64,000 bases of DNA, from the NCBI GenBank assembly GCA_000004985.1, contig GG738862.1. One strand, written 5' to 3'. The notes beneath the pieces are model-generated. The model was given only the letters and a program-made list of their open reading frames with translations. It was not told the DNA's origin and searched no databases. This DNA comes from Naegleria gruberi (lineage: Eukaryota). How positions within the stretch are numbered: the stretch's first letter is position 1; every line of letters starts with the position of its first letter. Of the stretch, positions 1-9,375 are shown in pieces. A program made the position numbers and the translations under genes.

Positions 1-868
1 GATACTCTTAATGAATTGAATTATCAAACGAAAGAATTGAAAGAGACAAAGGAGAATTATTTGGAGCCAATCAAGGCATATAACTCACTTGGAAGTCGAT
101 TACTGACTGGAATGTCTTGGGGAGGTTTTGCTAAAAACTTATGGAGTTATTCCAAGTGGAAAAAGATTGAAAAGGAAGCTCTCATATTTAGGGATGATAT
201 TCAAAGGGAGAGGAGTTTGGACTTTAATTCATTATCTTTTGAGGTACTGGTGAGAAATTCAGACGAGAAGCATTGTAAGTTTCAATATTGTTTTATCTAA
301 TAACCATTCCAAAGATGAATCATTTATTGCTGTGATTGGACCTAAGACTATCGATTTGATTCGAGACAAACAAACACGTGTGATATTGAGGCAATTTGAT
401 TACAAGAGCTTGAATGGAATGAAAATTTTTAATCCATTTTTATTCGAAATGAGCGTTATGCAATTGGATGTAGATATAGTTGTGCTATCAGTATTCTCAC
501 CTTTTATAGTGGAACAAATCAGAAATACCAATAGAGCACTAATCATAGAGGATGATAATCAATTGCTTTGCTCTAGCAGATACGATCCATTCAAATTCTA
601 CTCAAAAGATTCTACTCAACTTGTAAATATTTCAGCCAGGACCATCCAAAAGTACAACCCAAAGACTGTCGGAGATAAATTGGAAAGTGATAAGGAAGCA
701 AAGCTAGATTACTTGTACGATATTGTTACAGATATTAAGGATATTTCTGAAGTGACAGGTCAAGTCATTACAGATTCGAGTGAATTTTTGGAAGATTTCA
801 TATCAGAGGTTGATGATGCTGATCAACATGTGAGAGCAAACATTAGAGCAATCAATAGAAAGTTGTAA
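1..868 (+). CDS. 3' part of a protein-coding gene that runs off the left edge of the window (hypothetical protein). Exons are 1..274 and 315..868.
   Basis: Open frames 16..300 and 332..868 join in-frame when 275..314 (gtaagt...ccaaag, 40 nt) is removed. The stop codon is at 866..868. I recognise no domain. Confidence 0.4.
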
Positions 869-908
869 TTGTTTTATCGAGATTTTCAATTTTTTTAATT
901 TAAAAAAA

Positions 909-2324
909 ATGAAAAGACGAGAGCCAGAGGAAACCTCATCTTGCTCCGATATCAATCCAAGCAAGAAAACAAAGCAAACAACCAATTCTCAAGATTCTCA
1001 ATGTAAAAGTTTTGATGATGGTATTGTGGCGACAATTTTAAAATACTTAGATTCTATGAATGTTATCAAGAAATGTTTTTTACTCTCTAAACAGTGGTAT
1101 CGGTTGGCCATCACGGAATATAAATTTGCATTGGAATTTGATAAGGAAATGTGGGGCAAATTTGTGGAACTAATGTTTTCTGACCATGAAAACGTCGACC
1201 AACAAACATTTCTCTGTACATATCGAAAGAATATTATTGGATTGGATTTTGGAAACACCAGTCTTTCTTATCGTGATGCATGCCTTATTGCAAAATTTGA
1301 ATCATTAGAAGAATTAATTGGAGAAGTTGGGGATGAAATGGAAGCCCTTGTCGATTATTTGCCCAATTTAAAATCACTAGATGTTGGTTTGGTGCAGGAA
1401 ATTTGTTATGAAAATGTGGAATATATAAGTGAATTACAAAATTTGACCACTTTTTCTATTAGATACTCAAATATCGGAAGAAAACACCTTCAAATAATTG
1501 GTGAAATGAGTCAACTTACAGATCTTAATATATCTGGAAACCCAATTAATTCTTTACTACCAATAAGACCGCTCACTAGAATTACATCTCTATCAGCTGC
1601 AGACTGTAGTTTTTTAGGTGATGATGGAATATATCCTATTGTGAATTTTAAAGGGCTACAAAAACTCAATTTATCAAGCAATGGCATTACATGGGAAGGT
1701 TGCATGTTTATTAGTGAAAAATTTCCAAATTTAAGTCATCTATCCTTGAATGAAACCAGAATTTGTGACGGTGCTATTAAGAGATTGTCTAAGATGAAAC
1801 AGTTAACATATCTAGACGTTGGAAATAATGCAAAAATTACTATGGAAGGGATTAAATTAATTTCTAACAATTTAACCAACTTGACACATTTAAATATCAG
1901 CTCAAACAATGTGACTGATGAAGGTTTGATGATGGCTTGTGATCTCCCTAAATTACAAGAGCTCTTTGTAGGCCATAACCAAATTACTGATAGTGGAATT
2001 AACGAATTTTCTGAGAAAATTGGTAACAAATTGAAAATTCTTTCACTAAGTAGAAACAATATTACCTCACTTTGTACTCAATATTTATGTACCAAATTGA
2101 CAAACCTTAAGAAGCTATATTTGGCTGGTGTATCAATCACAGATGAAGATGTCAAGTTGATTTGTCAATGTATGAAATTATTGATATATTTAGATGTGTC
2201 TTGGAATAATGTTACAGATAAGTCATTGGAGTATGTTATTGCATCGGAGAGCCTTAGAGAAGTTGATGTAAATGGAAATGAACAAATCCATGATACAAAC
2301 TGGTCTAAAATTGGAAAACTTTGA
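909..2324 (+). CDS. F-box/LRR-repeat protein (RNI-like leucine-rich repeats), 471 aa
   Basis: Single ORF. The N-terminal F-box-like motif is GIVATILKYLDSMNVIKKCFLLSKQWYRLA. About 12 LxxLxLxxN-type repeats follow (LNLSSNGITWEG..., LTHLNISSNNVTDEGL...). Confidence 0.8.
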   Translation: MKRREPEETSSCSDINPSKKTKQTTNSQDSQCKSFDDGIVATILKYLDSMNVIKKCFLLSKQWYRLAITEYKFALEFDKEMWGKFVELMFSDHENVDQQTFLCTYRKNIIGLDFGNTSLSYRDACLIAKFESLEELIGEVGDEMEALVDYLPNLKSLDVGLVQEICYENVEYISELQNLTTFSIRYSNIGRKHLQIIGEMSQLTDLNISGNPINSLLPIRPLTRITSLSAADCSFLGDDGIYPIVNFKGLQKLNLSSNGITWEGCMFISEKFPNLSHLSLNETRICDGAIKRLSKMKQLTYLDVGNNAKITMEGIKLISNNLTNLTHLNISSNNVTDEGLMMACDLPKLQELFVGHNQITDSGINEFSEKIGNKLKILSLSRNNITSLCTQYLCTKLTNLKKLYLAGVSITDEDVKLICQCMKLLIYLDVSWNNVTDKSLEYVIASESLREVDVNGNEQIHDTNWSKIGKL

Positions 2325-2760
2325 TCAGTAATTTATGTTGAATTTAACAATTCCAATTAATCATATTTGAGATTTCCAGTTGAGTGGATCATTGCCTCAT
2401 TCTCATTCTTATTTCTATCATAATCCTGTTCAATCTCGAATTGCCAGGGAGCAATTCAAAAACGAGATGTGTCATCTTGAATATGTTCATAGTTCACAAA
2501 ATGAACTAGTGAAATTTTCATTAGTTCACAATTTAAGCTTTGAGAAAAACTTGCAGTCCTTAACTTATATTTGCCAAGTTCCCACTTCTTTGAACCTGTA
2601 AAATAGTTATTCAAATTTCCTCTCAAGTAAATCCCACTCACCATAACTGGAGGCTTTACAAAATTGACATGTCGTATCCCTATTCGTCAAGTTCAAACAC
2701 AATGAAAACTGAACGTTTAAAAAACCTACTCAACCATAGTGAACTGAGCTCTAAAACAAA

Positions 2761-4899
2761 ATGTCTCCACATACTATCAAACACACTCTTGTGTTAGTTT
2801 TCTTCCACTTGATCGTGCTTGCATGTGCTATCAATGCGCTTCCTTCATCTTATCGATACTATGCCTATGACGAAGTTAATGTAAACATGTCAGTTGCTTT
2901 CGTTAATAATTACATGTCAGCAATAATTTGGAAGGATGTTAGCAGGTCGAATAATATTACATCTATGGAGGATGTAGAGCATGTAATGAAGAAACAGAAT
3001 TCATTGAAAATAGTATTTATTTCATCCGAAACTAAACTAAACAAATTGTGGACCGGTGTGAGTAACAGCTTCTACAAGTCAAATATTGTGAAAATTTACA
3101 GTATTGAGAAGGGATCATGTTTTAGATATCATGTTCTCGAAGACTTTGATATTATTCTTGCTAATAGAAACTTATTCTTGGAAAGGTTTAGAATATTCAA
3201 GAAATCAACTGGTAACAGAAAGCCATCTAATCAAGCAATTCAAACAAGCGACTTTGAGTTTATTGACCTATATCCCTATACAGTTGCACAACTGAACGCA
3301 AGTAATTCTGATTTAAATTTGACACTTTCGAATGTGAAACCAACATGTGATGGTTTAATGCAGAGTTTTGAATATGAGCCAAGTTTATTTAATGCTTATT
3401 CAATAGTTCATTCAGATAGCCTTATTAGAAGCAGTGATCTTGCATTCCTAAGAAAGTGGAATAATTTCGAAATCAAACAACTCAACAAGTACAATCAACA
3501 AATTATCCTAAATGATATTTACCTTTCGTATTACTTTAATTCAACAACTAATCAAACCGATTTTGAGTCTCAACTTCTCCCTTCCACATGTTCAGTGTGC
3601 ATGAGTGATTTTTGTGGATATGATTTGGAATTTTCACAAGTTGACTATTGGAATATTCCACAAGCAATAATTGTGCTTTCCTATTTAATTCTCTTGATAT
3701 TTTCTGGGGTATATACTCAACCTTCTATCAAAAGAAGAATGGCGATTCCGTTTCTTCCAATTGTACTTCTCTATTTTCAATTTGCACTTTCAGATAGTTT
3801 GGAACTAATGTGTTCGAATGTTCTAGTTACCATTATTGGATTACTATTGACTTTTGTACTATTAAGCCAAATAGCAACCTATTCCAGACTCTATTATTTG
3901 AGAAATTTGTATAATCTATTTTCAAAATCAAAGCAAGTCAACGCTCGATTAAGTGGAACAATTCCAGGATTAATTTTGACCGTAGTAATTCCATTTTTCC
4001 TCTCATTCATCTTTGCTTTACCTTATAGCTCAGTTACTTTGGATGTTTCTCAACCTAAAAAGTTAATATTTAACATTGCACTTGCCTGTTACATTGGAAT
4101 TTGTTGTATTATTGGACTTGTTGTAATATCAATTGATGGAATAATCAACCGTAAAAGGTGGAGAGAAAAGGGAATTGCCTACATGCTCTTTTTCGATGAT
4201 CCATTCCTAGTTCGAATCGATATGATGTTACTTTCACTTTGTTTGATTTTAATCATCTTGATTGGAACTGTTGGATCACTGAACAGACATCTTTCGTATT
4301 TCCTTAGAACTATGATATTTTTATTTTGTTGTTTCATATCTGGAGGACAATGTATTGTGAAATATTCTATTGATAGATTGACCAGTTGGAAGAATGAAAG
4401 TAATGAATCAGTATTTGCTACCAAATTTGAGGAATATATGAAACATGACGATTTCAAAAAGATTATGAGAGAATATACTGTGAAAGAACTTTCATTGGAA
4501 AATTACAATTTCTTCCTCGTTTTGCAAGATTTGAAAACGAAATCGAATAGAGCACTCACATTGCAACAAATGATTGATGTGGAAAAGGAGTATTTATCAC
4601 CAGTTGGATCTTTCGAATTGAATGTTTCGTCAAACACCAAAAAATCATTTCACACTTTAAAGAAAACTGTTACGGAGAGTTCATCATCAACACTGGATAC
4701 AGCATCTACTTCGACAACTTCCATTGAATTAGATTCCACTAGTTCGAAAGCTACAATCAAAATTCAAGATTTGGTCACTGTATTCGAATATGAAGTTTTG
4801 GCAAATTTACATGACACATTTTCTAGATTGGAAAAGACAAATGAATTTACTACATGGTTGCAAGTTTACACTATTCAAAAACAAAATAACATTATTTAA
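2761..4899 (+). CDS. Membrane protein with signal peptide, ~290-aa N-glycosylation-rich ectodomain, 7 predicted TM helices and a C-terminal RGS (regulator of G-protein signalling) domain, 712 aa
   Basis: Single ORF. The N-terminus (MSPHTIKHTLVLVFFHLIVLACAINA) looks like a signal peptide. Seven hydrophobic segments lie between nt ~3640 and 4330. The C-terminal domain KELSLENYNFFLVLQDLK...SPVGSFELNVSSNTKKSF matches the RGS signature (SxENxxFW-like). It is paralogous to the gene at 28835..31141. Confidence 0.8.
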   Translation: MSPHTIKHTLVLVFFHLIVLACAINALPSSYRYYAYDEVNVNMSVAFVNNYMSAIIWKDVSRSNNITSMEDVEHVMKKQNSLKIVFISSETKLNKLWTGVSNSFYKSNIVKIYSIEKGSCFRYHVLEDFDIILANRNLFLERFRIFKKSTGNRKPSNQAIQTSDFEFIDLYPYTVAQLNASNSDLNLTLSNVKPTCDGLMQSFEYEPSLFNAYSIVHSDSLIRSSDLAFLRKWNNFEIKQLNKYNQQIILNDIYLSYYFNSTTNQTDFESQLLPSTCSVCMSDFCGYDLEFSQVDYWNIPQAIIVLSYLILLIFSGVYTQPSIKRRMAIPFLPIVLLYFQFALSDSLELMCSNVLVTIIGLLLTFVLLSQIATYSRLYYLRNLYNLFSKSKQVNARLSGTIPGLILTVVIPFFLSFIFALPYSSVTLDVSQPKKLIFNIALACYIGICCIIGLVVISIDGIINRKRWREKGIAYMLFFDDPFLVRIDMMLLSLCLILIILIGTVGSLNRHLSYFLRTMIFLFCCFISGGQCIVKYSIDRLTSWKNESNESVFATKFEEYMKHDDFKKIMREYTVKELSLENYNFFLVLQDLKTKSNRALTLQQMIDVEKEYLSPVGSFELNVSSNTKKSFHTLKKTVTESSSSTLDTASTSTTSIELDSTSSKATIKIQDLVTVFEYEVLANLHDTFSRLEKTNEFTTWLQVYTIQKQNNII

Positions 4900-5094
4900 T
4901 CAATCCAATTTAATAAATCAAGCACTTCTGACCGTGCAGCCCCACCATCGACGTCCAATATTTTGGATTCATATTTGTTGGATGTGTAGAGCATGATGCG
5001 GATGCAAGATCGAAGAGAGCAGGAATAAAGGTGGCTGTTTTTGAGTATTTGTGTGGTCATTGTCTAGATCAATAAAAATTGTATTGTTCAGTAA

Positions 5095-5243
5095 GCCAAG
5101 AAAAAATGTCAAGGATGTCTGATTATGAAATGCTGACTACATTCTTCAATCTGAAATTGTATCAGATCCAAACCTTAGAAAATTATACCAATTTGTATCA
5201 TGTATTAATGTATAAAATTGGAAAACTTTGATCAGTAATTTAT
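5095..5243 (+). repeat. Decayed partial duplicate of the 3' end of the F-box/LRR gene at 909..2324, including a 31-bp perfect copy
   Basis: The 31 bp at 5213..5243 (taaaattggaaaactttgatcagtaatttat) are identical to 2306..2336, which spans the stop codon of the F-box/LRR gene. The ~100 bp upstream align loosely with the gene's last ~100 bp (ccttagagaagttgat.. versus ccttagaaaattat..). No ORF remains. Confidence 0.5.
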
Positions 5244-5299
5244 TTTTACTGACCTACTCGTAAAATTATTTTTGACCTAAATATTAGTTTTTACTAGAT

Positions 5300-6436
5300 T
5301 TATCTTCTTTCATTTCTAGAGAGTCTTCTGGCAGATCTTCTTGGAGCTCTTCTGTATCTTCTATTTCTCTTATTTGGGAATCTTCTACCGAATCTTTGTC
5401 TTCTAGCTTGTCTTCTGGATGGTCTTCTACCGAATCTTCTTTGTCTTCTAGCTGGTCTTTGTCTTCTGGCTGGTCTTCTAGATTGTCTTCTTGGTCTTCT
5501 GGCTGGTCTTTGTCTTCTGACTGGAGCTCTTCTTCTTGGGGCAACTCTTCTTCTTGGAGCTCTTCTTGGGGCTCTTCTAACAGATCTTCTCTTTGGAGCA
5601 GCACACTTTCTCTTTACAACTCTCTTCTTTGGGGCAGCACACTTTCTGACCTTTCTCTTTGGGGCAGCACACTTTCTCTTTGGAGCTCTTCTCTTTGGAG
5701 CAGCACACTTTCTGACCTTTCTCTTGACAATTCTCTTCTTTGGAGCACATCTTCTTCTTCTGACGATCTTTCTCTTTGGAGCTCTTCTTCTCTTTGGAGC
5801 AGCACATCTTCTTCTTCTGACGATCTTTCTCTTTGGAGCAGCACACTTTCTCTTAACAACTCTCTTCTTTGGAGCAGCACACTTTCTCTTGTTGTTTCTT
5901 CTGATGGCCTTGGTGACCTTCTTTGATTTCTTTGATGAAGCAGACTTCTTAGCAGCAGCTTTAATCTTTCTGGCAAGAGCTCTGATATTCTTTCTGTAAA
6001 TCTTTCTCAAGATAGCTCTGATCAATCTGACACCAGTAGCAAAATTAGTAGATGTCTTTAAATCAGCAATGTAAGTCTTTAAATCTTCAGCCTTTCCGTC
6101 CTTCTTCAATTGAGCAAGATGCTTTGAAACAGCAACCATCTTATTCATAATAATAGTAGCTTCTTCCAAATTGAATTTATCTTGTTCAGAGTTTCTTTTA
6201 ATCAATCCAAGTTCCTTCAATTGCTTCAACATGCCTCTCAAAAATTGAACCTTTGACTTTTGGTTCTTTCCTTCAACAGCGTTGAGTGTAGCATTAACAA
6301 CTTGCACAATATTTTGAATAGTCTTTGGTTGAGTAGCCAAGGCTGGAGTTGTTGTTGGTGTTGCGGTTTGTGCAAAGACGCTAACAGCAATACTCAACAA
6401 GGCAATTAAAAAGGCGATCAAGAGTGTCTTGTTCAT
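5300..6436 (-). CDS. Secreted (signal-peptide) protein with a helical N-domain and a long protamine-like Arg/Lys-rich C-terminal half built from Cys-containing tandem repeats (KRKCAAPKKRVV...), 378 aa
   Basis: Single minus-strand ORF. The N-terminus MNKTLLIAFLIALLSIAVSVFAQTATPTT looks like a signal peptide. There are about 13 repeats of (K/R)3-5-C-AAPK(R/K), followed by an RRxxRR-rich tail. Codon usage is AAG/AGA/CCA/GCT/ATC/TTC/TAC/GTC, the optimal-codon style of highly expressed genes and unlike the neighbouring genes. The repeats show up at DNA level as ctttggagcagcacactttctc units. Confidence 0.7.
   Translation of the reverse strand: MNKTLLIAFLIALLSIAVSVFAQTATPTTTPALATQPKTIQNIVQVVNATLNAVEGKNQKSKVQFLRGMLKQLKELGLIKRNSEQDKFNLEEATIIMNKMVAVSKHLAQLKKDGKAEDLKTYIADLKTSTNFATGVRLIRAILRKIYRKNIRALARKIKAAAKKSASSKKSKKVTKAIRRNNKRKCAAPKKRVVKRKCAAPKRKIVRRRRCAAPKRRRAPKRKIVRRRRCAPKKRIVKRKVRKCAAPKRRAPKRKCAAPKRKVRKCAAPKKRVVKRKCAAPKRRSVRRAPRRAPRRRVAPRRRAPVRRQRPARRPRRQSRRPARRQRPARRQRRFGRRPSRRQARRQRFGRRFPNKRNRRYRRAPRRSARRLSRNERR
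5560..5900 (-). repeat. Imperfect tandem DNA repeat (~24-42 bp units) encoding the K/R-Cys repeats of the 5300..6436 gene
   Basis: The unit tctctttggagcagcacactttct recurs at least 10 times. This creates long spurious ORFs on the opposite strand and in the other frames (5396..5926+, 5577..5846-, 5614..5976-, 5724..5999+). Confidence 0.8.
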
Positions 6437-7140
6437 CGTTCTCGTGTTTTTTGTTTTTTTTTGGATGATTTTTTGAATTGCTGTGTGGAAGATGATGAGA
6501 AATAGATTTGGAGAGATTATAATTTTTCAGAGGAGGAATTATAATGGACTATTGACAGTTGAAGGGTGGTTATTGTATGAACAGAGGTTGGATTAGCATG
6601 ATTATTAAGATGATGATAATTAATGAAATATTTGGTTTTGGATTATGTAATCATGATTCGAATACTTTGTTAGAATCTAATAAAATCAATGTAAAGTACT
6701 GGTTAAATTAGATTACAATTTATCTAATGTAAAATGGAGAGTGGAACTTGTTAAAACTATTTTAAATTGTTACACTGAATAGATCTTGTTCTCAAATTCA
6801 GAAGAGCAGCTTCAATTCATTACAATAAAGATTAATCAACAATTTTTTCAAACTGTGACAAAAATCAATTAGTTCTCAAAAAGTGTTAGCTTTAAAGATG
6901 TCACAGTTCATAAGATGACACTGAATCCAATTAGAGAGATGTGCAACTTGTCATTAGCCGAATATATTGTTTTTTTTTGTAATGATAATACATTTTGTCA
7001 TTTGTGCTGGGTGAGTGCATTGATGATAGAACTGGAAAATCGTACAAGATTTCAATTTTATTCGAAATAAATCTCAATTTTCTTTTTTTATTTACAAATT
7101 AGGATAATTTAAAAGTGATTCAATATTTCGGTGTAATTTA

Positions 7141-7425
7141 CATCTTTTTCGATTTGGTAATCTTCTTATTTGATTGTTTAGCTCTCTTTTCAATTGAATT
7201 TTTAGAAGATCTTTTCACTGAAATTTGTTTACCATTTAAATTTGCATGATGATAATCAATATTATTACGATGTCTTGTTCCACTTATAATATTAGATGTG
7301 TCAATATCAAATAATGGTAATCTTTTAGATAAATCAATTGGTTTAGATCTTGTCCAGACTGTTTTTGTTGGAATTCTATCTTCGGAAGATGAAGAAGTAT
7401 TTGATGAAGTATTTGATGATAGGAA
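7141..7425 (-). other. Start-less exon-like open frame, a diverged inverted copy of 7459..7674 (terminal exon or pseudogene)
   Basis: The minus-strand frame reads ...SSNTSSSSEDRIPTKTVWTRSKPIDLSKRLPLFDIDTSNIISGTRHRNNIDYHHANLNGKQISVKRSSKNSIEKRAKQSNKKITKSKKM and ends in a stop. It has no in-frame ATG. DNA identity with 7540..7674 is ~65% in inverted orientation. Confidence 0.25.
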
Positions 7426-7458
7426 AATTAATGCAAATCAACAAAAGAAAATAACAAA

Positions 7459-7674
7459 ATGGTCTCAACAAGAAGAAATATGTATAATTCCTCCAATAAT
7501 ACTTCACAATTTAATTCCGAAATTTCTCTGGATAATATTGTTGGTGGTACAAGAAAAAGAAATTTAATTGATTTCCAAACATTGAATTCTATTGGAAATG
7601 AAACAAGCAAAACTTCCAAATCTCAATCAAATAATACTTTAGAAATGAGAAACAAACAATTCAAAAAGTGGTAG
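7459..7674 (+). CDS. Small basic Asn/Ser-rich ORF (71 aa), hypothetical
   Basis: ATG-initiated ORF. Its C-terminal ~45 aa (GGTRKRNLIDFQTLNSIGNETSKTSKSQSNN...NKQFKKW) resemble the peptide encoded by the start-less minus-strand frame at 7141..7425. Confidence 0.3.
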   Translation: MVSTRRNMYNSSNNTSQFNSEISLDNIVGGTRKRNLIDFQTLNSIGNETSKTSKSQSNNTLEMRNKQFKKW

Positions 7675-7744
7675 TCTCCCCAACTCGACATTTTGAACCC
7701 CTAGGCATTCATTGTAAATAAAACCAAAATAATAACAAAGAGTT

Positions 7745-8130
7745 GAAAATCAAATGTTCCAGTATTTGCAGAATCTGATGTGTTCACTATCAGCTTGTTT
7801 CATTTTGTGAAGAACATATGATGGTGCTTTGAATAGCTCCAATGCAACCTGTGAATCTTCACCTTCATAATAATTGACAAAAATTGCTAATCTTAAATGA
7901 TTACATTCATCACCTGAAAGACACAAAACAATATGTGCAAGGCAAAGTGTTTTTCCATAACTTCTCTTAGTAAAAAATACAATTGTTAAATGTTAAAAGC
8001 TGATTGAAAATCATAAAATTCAATTTGAAAATCAACAATAATATCAATAATTCTACAATAAGTGTCTACTCTTTTTTTGAATAATTGTATTTATATCATC
8101 TCCAGTATTTGATCGAATTCTTCATGATAA
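7745..8130 (-). CDS. Candidate small two-exon gene (about 66 aa, CxxC-containing), hypothetical
   Basis: In the minus-strand frame, ATGATTTTCAATCAGCTTTTAACATTTAACAATT (from ~8014) is followed by a 66-nt gtattttt..tttcag intron. A second exon at ~7745..7913 encodes C-DECNHLRLAIFVNYYEGEDSQVALELFKAPSYVLHKMKQADSEHIRFCKYWNI and ends in a stop. The model rests on weak evidence. Confidence 0.2.
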
Positions 8131-8192
8131 CAATCTGTACAAACCTTTGTAAATAAAATAAGTTTAATTAGAACTGACAAGCAAAATAAAAA

Positions 8193-9337
8193 ATGATCAA
8201 ACAACAACCAAACACAATACCCAATAGAAAGATCAGCGAATTGCCCGATGAAATGCTAATGGAGATTTTTGAATTTGCCTCTGTTGACACTGTAAATGTT
8301 TTCAATTATTCGAAAGTTTGTTCCAAGTGGAGATGTCTCTTGCATAGTTCAACTCCTATCAATGCACAAGCATTAATATTTAAAAGAATTAGATTGGCAT
8401 TTCCTCCCCGATTTAAAAACATTAATTCAAAACAAATCCAAGAAACCATCAAGGCAAAACCCAACATTCAGTCCTTGAACGATTATTTCATTCTATTGAA
8501 AAAGATTACTGAAAAACGATTGAACCAAACGACCATTGAAAATATCAAAAAGTGGAGTAGAATATTCGAAAGTAAGGCCTTTTATTTCAATTATCAAGTG
8601 TATGGACTTGTGTTTCGATTCTATTTGGCAATGGTTTCGTTTTATGTGGCAATGTTTCTTGACGAAAATCAAAGAACTTATAAGAGTGGATTATGGTGGT
8701 TTCCATTCCTATCGTGTTTCATATTCCTTCTTGATGAGATTGTGAAAATTCCATATCAAATCCTCTCCATTATTTCCAATTATTGGTTTGGTGAATTTTT
8801 GTTCAGAGGGTTTCATTTGATATCAAACCAATTTCTATGGCTCCAATCCTAATGAACATTCTCTACAGTATTGGAATTGATAATTATTTTACCTTTCTAT
8901 TTTCATTTAGAAGTGTCATAGTGTTAGTTTATTCAGTCCTCCTGTGGTTTCTGGCAACAATTACCACAAGGGAACACGAGGAAGATCCATGGAAGGCGGT
9001 CAATTCTGGATATTTTCTAATAGTTATTACGTTGATCCTTCTTGCAAGATTTAGACAAGATTCACATGTTTGGTCTCTTATATGGCTACTCGTGTGCTGT
9101 ACAATTGTTTATCTCATTTATGCTCTGTTAAATATTAGGAATGGGTGGGAGAGCTCAAGGGGTTGGATTGAGAATTTGTTTGGAAATTTGGAGGATAGAA
9201 GTGAATTGATGGATTGGTTGGCACTGACCTCTCTCTACTGTTTGGCCATGAATTGGTTTCACATGGTGTGGATCTATTTGTTCATTGAGACCACTCTAGC
9301 ATTCAGGGAATATTTCAGGATCAATAAACTCGAATAA
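8193..9337 (+). CDS. F-box domain protein with multiple C-terminal TM helices. Exons are 8193..8809 and 8869..9337.
   Basis: The F-box-like motif is ISELPDEMLMEIFEFASVDTVNVFNYSKVCSKWRCLL. ORFs 8193..8852 and 8837..9337 join in-frame across a 59-nt intron (gtttcat...ctctacag). The C-terminal half has several hydrophobic helices. Confidence 0.55.
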
Positions 9338-9375
9338 TCTTTTACAATCTTTGAAAATTCACAAATTCAACCAAG

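Noticed and set aside
5396-5999. Long plus-strand ORFs rich in S/W/L (5396..5926, 5724..5999) and extra minus-frame ORFs (5577..5846, 5614..5976, 5284..5604) overlapping the K/R-repeat gene
   Set aside because: These are artefacts of the tandem DNA repeat. Any frame through a perfect repeat stays open. Only the 5300..6436 frame has a signal peptide, an N-domain and a coherent codon bias.
7298-7567. Plus-strand 89-aa ORF
   Set aside because: It is the antisense of the minus-strand exon-like frame 7141..7425. Its protein is low-complexity with no start context.
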